A stretch of DNA of 64,000 bases from Lysobacterales bacterium (GTDB taxonomy: Bacteria > Pseudomonadota > Gammaproteobacteria > Xanthomonadales > SZUA-5): the NCBI GenBank assembly GCA_022844165.1, contig JALHMH010000005.1, forward strand, positions 32,001 to 96,000. Direction: 5' to 3'. The position numbers and the translations under genes were made by a program. Below the pieces are notes generated by a model. It was not told where the DNA came from. It worked only from the letters and a program-made list of their open reading frames with translations, and did no database searches. This document shows positions 9,316 to 18,128 of the stretch, piece after piece (the stretch's first letter is position 1; every line of letters starts with the position of its first letter).

Positions 9316-11502
9316 TCATCCGATCACGACCAGATTGGCCTGGGCCAGTTTCAAATACCGCTGACCATGCGTTTCGAAATTCACTTGCACGATGGCGTGC
9401 ATACCGTGGCCTTGCCCGCCGATGACGATGCCTTCGCCATACTGAGCATGCGAGACGCGGCTACCGATACTGATCGACGGCAGGTCCAGCAGGTCCATTG
9501 GCTGCTCGCGTTGCCGCTGCGCAAAGGCGTAACCCGTTGCCCTGTAAGCTGTCTTTTTTGGGCGCACTTCGAACAATAGTTCGCCCGGGATCTCGCGCAA
9601 AAAACGCGACGGCGGATTGGAATTCTCCTGGCCGCGAAAGCGCCGCGTCTCCGCATGACTCAAGGTGAGCTGGCGTCGTGCCCGGGTGATGCCCACGTAT
9701 GCCAATCGCCGTTCCTCATTGAGCTGCACATCGCCGGATTCGCTGGCCCGGGAACTGGGGAACAAACCCTCTTCCAGGCCCACCAAAAAAACACACGAGA
9801 ACTCCAGGCCCTTGGCCGAATGCAACGTCATCAACTGCACGGCATCGTCGCCCGCCTCGGCTTGCCCATCGCCCGCGTCGAGCGCGGCGCTGGCGAGAAA
9901 TGCCTGCATTTCGCTGATGCCTTCTTTCTCGTCTTCCAAGCTCAAAACGAACCCACGCGCAACCGTAATCAGCTCGTCCAGATTGTCGACGCGCGAATCG
10001 GCATCGTGTTTGCTTTGGGCAGCATAGTGCGCACGCAAACCGCTGTCGTCGACAGCCATCGCCAGGCGCTCGTGCAGCCGCATTTCCATGGCCGGATCGA
10101 GCCGCGCGATGAGTGCGAACAAACTCTCCAACCCAGTTTTGGCGCGACCGCGAATCGCGCCGGCGTCGAGCGCCTGGCGCGCTGCAGACGACAACGGCAC
10201 CGCGGCGCTGCGTGCTGCCGACCGCAAATCCTCTAGTGTTTTCTCGCCGACGCCACGCGGTGGCGCGGAACAGACACGTTCGAACGCAGCATCGTCGTTA
10301 TGATTGGCGGCCAGCCGCAGGTATGCGAGCGCGTCTTTAATTTCGGCGCGTTCGAAGAAGCGTAATCCGCCGTAAACGCGATAGCGAATGCCATAGCGCA
10401 TCAACTCGTCTTCAAAGACCCGCGACAATGCGTTCGCGCGATATAAAATCGCATGGTCCTTCAACGTATATTCGCCTTGCACGCCACGCCGAATACGTTC
10501 GACGACATAACGCGCTTCTTCTTGCTCGTTGTACGCGGCGTACAGCATGATCGGCTCTCCGCCACCGGCGTCGGTCCAGAGCGCTTTCCCGAGGCGGTCA
10601 TCGTTGTGCGCTATGACAGCGTTCGCCGCCGCCAGGATATTGCCGCTTGAGCGATAATTTTGCTCCAAGCGAAAGGTCGACACAGCCGGGAAGTCGCGGG
10701 TAAAGCGTGCCATGTTCTCGACGCGCGCTCCGCGCCAGCTGTAGATCGACTGATCGTCGTCGCCCACAGCAAAGACCTCACCCGACGTTCCGGCCAGCAT
10801 GCGTATCCACGCGTACTGGATGGTATTGGTGTCCTGGAACTCGTCCACCAGCAGATGCGAAAAGCGCCGCCGGTAATGTTCGAGCAGCGCTGGCTGGCCC
10901 AACCACAACTCATGGCTGCGCAGCAGAATTTCTGCGAAATCGACCAATCCCTGACGTTGGCAACTGTGTTGATACCGCTCGTACACATCGATCCAGGTCG
11001 GCAACTCCTGACTGTAGGCTGGATCAACATCGTTAGGCCGCCGGCCCTCGTCTTTCCACATGTTGATCAGCCAGACGCCCTTGCGCGGCTGAAACAGAGA
11101 ATCGTCCAGACCGGCATCGGCGATCACCCGTTTGACCAGCCGCAGCTGATCATCGCTGTCGAGCACCTGGAATCCGGCAGGGAGTCCCGCCTCCGCGTGG
11201 TGCAGCCGCAACAACCGATGCGCGAGACCGTGGAATGTACCGATCCACAAACCGCGCGTCGGCCGATCAAGTTGTCGCTCGCAGCGTTCGCGCATTTCTG
11301 CGGCCGCTTTGTTGGTGAAGGTGACCGCCAAAATCGCATGCGGCCAGACGTCGAAAGCCTCCACCAACCACGCAATGCGCTGGGTCAATACGCGCGTCTT
11401 CCCGGATCCGGCACCGGCCAGCACCAGATGATGGCCCGCCGGCGCACTGACTGCGGCGCGCTGCGCCTCATTGAGGCCCTGAAGCAAGTGAGTAAGGTCC
11501 AT
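9316..11502 (-). CDS. uvrD: DNA helicase II
   Basis: LAGAGSGKTRVL, VTFTNKAA, LVDEFQDTN, VGDDDQSIY, LEQNYRS, TLHSAKGLEF, EERRLAYVGITRA. Confidence 0.96.
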   Translation of the reverse strand: MDLTHLLQGLNEAQRAAVSAPAGHHLVLAGAGSGKTRVLTQRIAWLVEAFDVWPHAILAVTFTNKAAAEMRERCERQLDRPTRGLWIGTFHGLAHRLLRLHHAEAGLPAGFQVLDSDDQLRLVKRVIADAGLDDSLFQPRKGVWLINMWKDEGRRPNDVDPAYSQELPTWIDVYERYQHSCQRQGLVDFAEILLRSHELWLGQPALLEHYRRRFSHLLVDEFQDTNTIQYAWIRMLAGTSGEVFAVGDDDQSIYSWRGARVENMARFTRDFPAVSTFRLEQNYRSSGNILAAANAVIAHNDDRLGKALWTDAGGGEPIMLYAAYNEQEEARYVVERIRRGVQGEYTLKDHAILYRANALSRVFEDELMRYGIRYRVYGGLRFFERAEIKDALAYLRLAANHNDDAAFERVCSAPPRGVGEKTLEDLRSAARSAAVPLSSAARQALDAGAIRGRAKTGLESLFALIARLDPAMEMRLHERLAMAVDDSGLRAHYAAQSKHDADSRVDNLDELITVARGFVLSLEDEKEGISEMQAFLASAALDAGDGQAEAGDDAVQLMTLHSAKGLEFSCVFLVGLEEGLFPSSRASESGDVQLNEERRLAYVGITRARRQLTLSHAETRRFRGQENSNPPSRFLREIPGELLFEVRPKKTAYRATGYAFAQRQREQPMDLLDLPSISIGSRVSHAQYGEGIVIGGQGHGMHAIVQVNFETHGQRYLKLAQANLVVIG

Positions 11503-11729
11503 AGTCTGGCGCTAAGCGTGTTTGGACTGCGAATCAGGGCTTGTCGAAAGGCCCGGGGCATTTGGCATCCTGCCGGCCACGATCGCGGATTTGCGACCGT
11601 CGATCCTTTCGTTCGCAGAGAACCAACCCATGACCTAAAGCCCATCGCAGCCACATTCGTCGCCGGATATCATGCACGACGCCGCGCAAGTTCGTCGTGG
11701 GCATCGTCGTTTGTTTGGAGGAGTTTCTC

Positions 11730-13583
11730 TTGGAAAAGCGTCCTGGGTTTTTCCGCCGGTTTTTCGGCGGGCTGTGGAACGGGCTGAACTTCACCCGCCA
11801 GTTAGTTTTCAACCTGGTTTTCTTGTTCATTTTGATTGCGATCGTCGCCTCAATTTTCAGCGGCGGCGAGGGCAAGATCCGCGAAAAAACCACATTGGTG
11901 CTTGATATCAAAGGCGAGATCGTCGACCAGTATTCCGGCAGTCCGGCTGACGTTGCATTGTCCCGCGCACTGGGCGAAGAAGTGCCCGAAACGCAGTTGC
12001 GAGATGTCGTCAAGGCGCTTGAGGAAGCGGCAAAAGACGACAACATCACACAAGTGCTAATCCACCTGAATGGCTTCGGCGGTGCGGGTGTTTCGACCTT
12101 ACGTGAGGTCGGCCGCGCGATCGATGCCTTTCAAACCAGCGGCAAGAAAGTGATCACCTACGGCGAGTTTATCGACCAGACGGGCTACTACCTTGCCGCG
12201 CACGGCGATGCCGTCTACATGCACCCCGAAGGCATGGTTTTGCTTGAAGGCCTCGGACGCTACCGGAACTACTATCGCTCCGCACTCGAAAAATTCGGAG
12301 TGACGATGCACGTGTTTCGCGTCGGCCGTTATAAGAGCGCGGTGGAACCCTATCTGCTCGATGGTCCGTCGGACGATGCGCGCGACGCCGACCGCTACTG
12401 GTTGAACGATGTTTGGAGCGTGTTTCTGGCCGATATTGCCAAAGCGCGAAATCTCGATGTTGCTGGCTTAAGTGCCATGATCGACGAGTTGCCGCAGCGT
12501 CTCGCAGCGGTGGAAGGAAATCTGGCGCAACTGGCGATCGATGAGAAGTTGGTCGATGGCACCAAAACCCCCGACGAGTTGCGGGCTATGTTGATTGAGT
12601 CCGGTGCCAGGGACGATGACAAGGAAAGCACGTTTCGCCAGGTCGCCTTACAAAGCTACGTCAAGCGTTTCCCCGCACCCATGCCGCTGCCAGGCAGCAA
12701 ACACGTCGGCGTGATCGTAGCTGCCGGAGCGATCCAGAGCGGCTCCCAACCGCAGGGCACGATCGGCGGCAAAAGCACCAGCGATCTGGTGCGCCGCGCT
12801 CGCGAAGACGAGAACATCAAGGCGCTGGTGCTGCGCGTCGATTCGCCGGGCGGCAGCGGTTTCGATTCGGAGCTCATTCGCCGTGAAATCGAACTGACCA
12901 AAGCCGCGGGCAAACCGGTGGTCGTATCGATGGGCGATCTTGCTGCGTCGGGTGGTTATTGGATCTCGATGACCTCCGATGTGATTTATGCCGAACCGAC
13001 AACCATCACCGGCTCGATCGGCATTTTCGGCTTGTTCCCGGATGCCAGCCAGACCCTGGATAAAGTGGGCTTACATACGGAAGGCACCACAACCACCTGG
13101 CTGGCCGGCGCGCTTGATCCACGGCGCGCGCTTGATCCTCGCGTCGGCGAAATGTTGCAGACCATGATCAATGCCGGTTACCAGGACTTTATCGGCAAGG
13201 TCGCCTCCAGTCGCGGCAAGACCAAAGAGCAAATCGATGCGATCGGACAAGGCCGCGTTTGGAGCGGCACACAAGCCAAAGAACGTGGCCTCGTCGACGA
13301 AATCGGCGGTCTCACCGATGCCATCGCAGATGCGGCGAAGCGCGCCAACCTCTCCGATTACAAAGTCGTTTATGTCGAAAAGGAACCCAGCGGATTCGAG
13401 GCTTTTGTCGCCAGCATGACTGCTCGAATTTCCGCCGGCATCGCAAATAGCGTCGGATCGGCCTACGTGCCGAGCTTTTTGCGAAGCTCCCAGCGCGAAT
13501 TGCAGCGCGAACTGAAGCTGCTGGAAGGCTGGGAGCAGCAACCACTACGCACCTACGCTTATTGCTTCTGCGACATTCGCTAA
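11730..13583 (+). CDS. sppA: Signal peptide peptidase SppA (67K type, protease IV)
   Basis: Likely TTG start at 11730 after GGAGGA; N-terminal TM; GRYKSAVE, RVDSPGGS, SMGDLAASGGYW, TGSIGIFG. Confidence 0.95.
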   Translation: MEKRPGFFRRFFGGLWNGLNFTRQLVFNLVFLFILIAIVASIFSGGEGKIREKTTLVLDIKGEIVDQYSGSPADVALSRALGEEVPETQLRDVVKALEEAAKDDNITQVLIHLNGFGGAGVSTLREVGRAIDAFQTSGKKVITYGEFIDQTGYYLAAHGDAVYMHPEGMVLLEGLGRYRNYYRSALEKFGVTMHVFRVGRYKSAVEPYLLDGPSDDARDADRYWLNDVWSVFLADIAKARNLDVAGLSAMIDELPQRLAAVEGNLAQLAIDEKLVDGTKTPDELRAMLIESGARDDDKESTFRQVALQSYVKRFPAPMPLPGSKHVGVIVAAGAIQSGSQPQGTIGGKSTSDLVRRAREDENIKALVLRVDSPGGSGFDSELIRREIELTKAAGKPVVVSMGDLAASGGYWISMTSDVIYAEPTTITGSIGIFGLFPDASQTLDKVGLHTEGTTTTWLAGALDPRRALDPRVGEMLQTMINAGYQDFIGKVASSRGKTKEQIDAIGQGRVWSGTQAKERGLVDEIGGLTDAIADAAKRANLSDYKVVYVEKEPSGFEAFVASMTARISAGIANSVGSAYVPSFLRSSQRELQRELKLLEGWEQQPLRTYAYCFCDIR

Positions 13584-13598
13584 CATCGATCGACGAAG

Positions 13599-13624
13599 GC
13601 CGGCGCCCGCAATTGGGCGCCGGC
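13599..13624. terminator. GC-rich hairpin between convergent genes
   Basis: GCCGGCGCCC-GCAATT-GGGCGCCGGC, perfect 10-bp stem, no clear U tract. Confidence 0.55.
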
Positions 13625-13656
13625 ACACTGGCCCGATTCCGTTCAAAACCAATGCT

Positions 13657-15666
13657 CTACTGACTGGCCGCTGTCGCCCAATGCAAATCGACGGTCAAGG
13701 CATCGTTCCGCGCCACAATCGCAAAACTGCCGTCGCGAGACACTGTGATTCCTCGCGTGAGCGTATTTGACGTCGGCCATGGCGTGGGCGCCTTGTGATC
13801 GCCATCGACACGCACCACATGACCTGTCTTGCTCTCCACGGCGTACAAGGTTGACCCGACGACAATCCAGTGTTCGGCTCTGGTTTGATCCAACGTCAGA
13901 TCGATCGTGACACAGTCTGCGCGACAGCGTTGAATAGTTGTACCACGCCGTACGTAAATCGCGTCGTCCCCCACGGCGTACTGATCGACACGCATGGCGC
14001 CGATCTCTTCCGTGCCAGCGGCATCGTGTCGGAACAATCGCTGTGACTCGCCTTCGCCGAGCAGATAGTAGATTCGACCAGCGCGATCGCCGCGCGCGTC
14101 GTGCGCGCCGAACGGCAACCCAACGGGCTCGGCGCGATCAGCGCCTAGCGTGTAGCGGACGATGTCGGTTGTCACACCGCGATAGCGGGTCAGCAGCAGC
14201 CTGCGCTCGTCGACAAATGCAGGATGTGCCCAGCGTTCCCCTTCAGGTGCGGGCAGACGCCGCTCCGACCCGCTCGACAAATCCAGTTGATAGAGCGAGT
14301 CGAAGCCGTCCCGATTGCTCTGATAAATCACCGAACGATCATCCGGCGCGAGCTGCGGATAGGCATCGTAACGCGTCGATAGCGTCAGCTGTTTCGATGT
14401 GCCGTCGGCCCGATGCAGCCACAAATTCGCGTCATATTGAGCCATCTCGAAGACGATGGTCCCTGCGACCGTATCTGGATAACGCGCCCCGCGGGCACCG
14501 AGCAACGTCGTCTCGCCGGTTTGTGGATCGAAACTCACCAGGGCACGAAATCCAAGGACATCGCTCGCCAGAATCAGCGCCGGCGATTTCCCGGCCGCAT
14601 AACCGTAGAGCAGGCTTGGCGGCAATCCTGGAACTAATTCGGCTCGACCGTCGATCCATCGGAACAACGACTGCGCATCGTCCCTGGCACGGGAAAAGTA
14701 CAAAGTTCCGTGCAGGCGCCTGGGATCGACATCGAAACCCGCACCATCCGGTGGCATCGTGAGTTGTTCTATGGCACCTGTCGCAATATCGAGACGCGCC
14801 AGCCCTCGGTCGACGGCAGTGAACAGCACATCACCGCCATCGATGTCCGGGCAACTGCGCACTGCAGCGCATTCCGCAAGGCCACTCGCCTGTTCACTGC
14901 GCAGCGACTGGCGCATCAATGTACAACGACCAGCGGCCCGCCGAACGAACACGATGTCGTTACCCAGCCATGTGGGGCAGTTATCCCAGGCACTGCCATC
15001 CGTCAGCAGCCGGCGCTCGGCGGTGGACAAGGTCTGCACCACGATTCGCGAGCCCGGCTGGGCGGACTCGGCATATGCGACTTGAGTTGCATCGGGCGAC
15101 AGCCGCGGCGAGACCTCAAGGCCAGCTGCGCTGGTCAGCGGCTGTGCGCGGAGCAACATAGCCGCATTCAGACCCGGCGCGTCCGTCACTCCCTGCAGTG
15201 CAAGGTGGCGCCAGAAAAACGAAAGGGAAATAGCAAGCAGCGCGAGTGCGAGAAGACGCAGCCCCCAGCGCGAGCGCACAGCAGAATCGGCGCGCAACAC
15301 CTCCACGGGCTCAACCCCGGTCATTGAAACCGACGTTTCCACGGGCAACGGCCTGACCGGTGCAATCAGCCGGTAACCGAGTTTTGGAATGGTGGCGATG
15401 TACGTCGGCTCGCGAGGATCGTCGCCCAACGCCTGGCGCAAGTCCGCAATTGACCGCGACAGAACCTCATCGTTGACCACGCGCCGCTGCCATGCCGCTT
15501 CCAGCAGTTGCTCCCGTGTGACCGTCTCCCCCGGCGTATCGGCTAACCGCAGCAGCAGTTGCACCAGACGCGGCGGCAATCGAATGGCGGTTCCATTGCG
15601 ATGCAGCTCGTGGCGATCTGCCCAGAGTTGTGCTTGCCCAATGATCAGGCGACGAGTTGGAGTCAT
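13657..15666 (-). CDS. CadC/ToxR-like membrane-anchored regulator: OmpR-type winged helix, TM, TolB/PD40-like beta-propeller
   Basis: GETVTREQLLEAAW...LRQALGDDPREPTYIATIPKLGYRL, one hydrophobic TM, then PRLSPDATQVAY and YPQLAPDDRSVIYQSNRDG repeats. Confidence 0.88.
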   Translation of the reverse strand: MTPTRRLIIGQAQLWADRHELHRNGTAIRLPPRLVQLLLRLADTPGETVTREQLLEAAWQRRVVNDEVLSRSIADLRQALGDDPREPTYIATIPKLGYRLIAPVRPLPVETSVSMTGVEPVEVLRADSAVRSRWGLRLLALALLAISLSFFWRHLALQGVTDAPGLNAAMLLRAQPLTSAAGLEVSPRLSPDATQVAYAESAQPGSRIVVQTLSTAERRLLTDGSAWDNCPTWLGNDIVFVRRAAGRCTLMRQSLRSEQASGLAECAAVRSCPDIDGGDVLFTAVDRGLARLDIATGAIEQLTMPPDGAGFDVDPRRLHGTLYFSRARDDAQSLFRWIDGRAELVPGLPPSLLYGYAAGKSPALILASDVLGFRALVSFDPQTGETTLLGARGARYPDTVAGTIVFEMAQYDANLWLHRADGTSKQLTLSTRYDAYPQLAPDDRSVIYQSNRDGFDSLYQLDLSSGSERRLPAPEGERWAHPAFVDERRLLLTRYRGVTTDIVRYTLGADRAEPVGLPFGAHDARGDRAGRIYYLLGEGESQRLFRHDAAGTEEIGAMRVDQYAVGDDAIYVRRGTTIQRCRADCVTIDLTLDQTRAEHWIVVGSTLYAVESKTGHVVRVDGDHKAPTPWPTSNTLTRGITVSRDGSFAIVARNDALTVDLHWATAASQ

Positions 15667-15810
15667 CTGATTAGCATAAGCAGCACGACGCAATAAATGG
15701 CGGAAAACCTCAGCGTTTCACACAAAAAGGAGGTTAAGTTCCGACGAACATCAGGTGCAAACACAGGCTGACGAGCACCATGAGTCTCCCCCAACCAGAA
15801 GGAGGCTGAC

Positions 15811-17115
15811 ATGCAACGTTCGATCTCTGCGATTGCCCTGCTCGCACTCGCGTCATCTGCAAATGCACAAACATGCAACCATCGGCTGCTGGTCAGCGGC
15901 TATTTCAGTTCCGTACATGTGTACGATGCCTGCACTGGCGCCTACGAGCGGTTGCTTGACGATCAGAACCGGATTCGCGGCCCACAAGCCACGCGAATCG
16001 GGCCGGACGGGAAACTCTATGTCGTATCGGAAGAAACCGGGCAGATCCTGCGCTACAACGCCACGTCGCTCGCGTACGAAGGGGTGGCCGTCACGTTGCC
16101 GGCTAACTTTGGCGCCACCGGCATCGACTTTCGGAACGGCGAAATCTACATCGGCGGTTACAACTACGACGGTGTGCAGCGCTATCGGCTGAGTGATGGT
16201 ACGCTGGTTGGCGATGCCTTCCCGCGCAGTGCAGCGGGCTTGAATGGCCCCGACAACGGGTTGGTCTTTGGCCCCGACGGCCGTTTGTACGTACCTGGAT
16301 TCGACAGCGACTCCGTCGTTCGTTTCGACCCAATCACCAACACGGTCAACGTCTTCATCGCTGCACGCGCGGGAACTTTGGACGAAACGCGCGGGATCCT
16401 GTTCGAGCCTGGCGCCACCACTCTGCTGGTCGCCAGCGAACGCAACGGCAAGGTGCTGCGCTTTAACGCCGACGGCAGTTTCAACGGCGACTTCACCACG
16501 GGCCTTTCGCGGCCCACGGGTCTCGCTTACCATCCGGACGGCAGCGTGCTGGTCGCACATGTTGCCGGCGTGAGCAAACATGATCCAGCCACCGGCGCCT
16601 CGCGTGGGTTGTTCGCAGATGCCACTGCCGGCGGGGTTTCAGGCCCAACCTTCGTGACCGTGATTCCGAAGGCGGCGACTGTCGATACTGCGCAAGTCGG
16701 AACTCAGTACTGGATCAGTGGTTTGGGCAATGCAAGCGGGCGCAGTATCGTTGTCGATCAAATGGCCAGTGCGACCGGCGCGCGCTTCGGCGCAGCATTT
16801 AACCCCGCAGCGATCGCGCGCAAACGTTGGGGTTCGCTCCGCATTGATTTTACCAGCTGCACCGAAGGCCAATTTTCCTGGCAATCGAGCGGCGCCGACA
16901 GCGCCGGTTTCGGCGATGGCAACTACCGCATCATTCGTGCCGTAGAAAACGACGCCACGCAGCGCTGCCTGAGCGCTGGTTTCGCCAACGCAAACGACCT
17001 GTTATGGACCATTGGCACCTGGTTCGGTGGCGCATCGCGCGACGGCGAAGGCCTGATGATCGACAGAACCGCCGACGGTCGACCATTCGTCGCCTGGTTT
17101 ACGCATCGGCCGTGA
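15811..17115 (+). CDS. Secreted NHL/Vgb-like beta-propeller protein with a C-terminal beta domain
   Basis: AGGAGG RBS; signal peptide; repeats GPDGKLYV, FGPDGRLYV, PTGLAYHPDGSVLV. Confidence 0.85.
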   Translation: MQRSISAIALLALASSANAQTCNHRLLVSGYFSSVHVYDACTGAYERLLDDQNRIRGPQATRIGPDGKLYVVSEETGQILRYNATSLAYEGVAVTLPANFGATGIDFRNGEIYIGGYNYDGVQRYRLSDGTLVGDAFPRSAAGLNGPDNGLVFGPDGRLYVPGFDSDSVVRFDPITNTVNVFIAARAGTLDETRGILFEPGATTLLVASERNGKVLRFNADGSFNGDFTTGLSRPTGLAYHPDGSVLVAHVAGVSKHDPATGASRGLFADATAGGVSGPTFVTVIPKAATVDTAQVGTQYWISGLGNASGRSIVVDQMASATGARFGAAFNPAAIARKRWGSLRIDFTSCTEGQFSWQSSGADSAGFGDGNYRIIRAVENDATQRCLSAGFANANDLLWTIGTWFGGASRDGEGLMIDRTADGRPFVAWFTHRP

Positions 17116-17213
17116 GTGAAGTGGCCCTGCGAATGCCTGGACGCCGCGGTGCTGTCGCTGCCGCGGTTCAGTCCTGACGTGTTACACGGTTCTCTTCGAA
17201 ATCGGACAGCACC

Positions 17214-17903
17214 GTGGGCGGATTTCAAACCAAGTTCGAATCGGTGCGCGTTGCGGGCGTCGACAATCTCACCATTCGCTCGCTGTTCGATCGCATGCAG
17301 TTTGCCGACGACGGTGGCGAAGCCGAGCGCCTGGGCATCTCGCCAGCGCAATGGCCGCTGTTTGGCCTGCTTTGGCCCTCTGCATTGCATCTTGCCGCAC
17401 GCATCGGACAGCGCCTGGTGACGGAGGAGCGAATTCTGGAACTCGGCTGCGGACTGGCCGTACCGAGCCTCGTCGCACATCGCCGCGGCGCCGACATCAC
17501 CGCCAGCGACCACCACCCGCAAACACTGCCATTTCTCACCGAGAACCTGCGGCTCAACCGACTCCCGCCGATGAAATACGTACATCGCGCCTGGAATCCC
17601 GCCACCGTCGATGCCGATGAAAAGTATGGGCTGGTCATGGCCAGCGACGTACTCTACGAGTGCGACCCAAACGGGATCCTCGCCGAGTGCATCTCTAATC
17701 GCACGAGACCCACAGGCGAAGTGTGGATCGTCGACCCCGACCGCGGCCATCGCCCGCGCTTTACCCGACATATGCGCGAACTCGGCTTCAACGTCCAGGA
17801 AACCCGCCTCACGGCCCCGGCCGGCGCGAACGACGCGTACAAAGGTCGGATGCTGAGCTACACGCGAGTCGGCGAACACTCCGCTACCGCGCAGTTGGAC
17901 TAA
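17214..17903 (+). CDS. Class I SAM-dependent methyltransferase (protein-lysine MTase/METTL21-like)
   Basis: LWPSALHLA, ILELGCGL, ITASD, ASDVLYE. Confidence 0.85.
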   Translation: MGGFQTKFESVRVAGVDNLTIRSLFDRMQFADDGGEAERLGISPAQWPLFGLLWPSALHLAARIGQRLVTEERILELGCGLAVPSLVAHRRGADITASDHHPQTLPFLTENLRLNRLPPMKYVHRAWNPATVDADEKYGLVMASDVLYECDPNGILAECISNRTRPTGEVWIVDPDRGHRPRFTRHMRELGFNVQETRLTAPAGANDAYKGRMLSYTRVGEHSATAQLD

Positions 17904-17928
17904 CGTGATGGGGGGCGGGCGATGTCCG

Positions 17929-18100
17929 CGCCATCCATGGCGATGGCCCGCAGGCGCCCCACTCTATGGGCTCAAAAAAGCGCGCGCGGCGGGTTTGCTG
18001 GGAGTCTGGTGGGAACAGACAAAGGCATCGCGCTATTGCACGGCGCACAGACGGGCGTGCGCATCGCGTTGCGGGTTTGCTGGAAAGTCCGTTTCCAACA
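17929..18100. repeat. Intergenic palindrome and direct repeats
   Basis: CGCCAT-CC-ATGGCG at 17929-17942; 13-bp direct repeat GCGGGTTTGCTGG at 17989 and 18071. Confidence 0.5.
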
Positions 18101-18128
18101 GCATGTGCGTCTAAGGAGCAGCGGCCTT

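Noticed and set aside
13107-13140. Short tandem GGCGCGCTTGATCC-like repeat in sppA
   Set aside because: Only two in-frame coding copies (ALDPRRALDPR), with no sign of a regulatory or mobile role.
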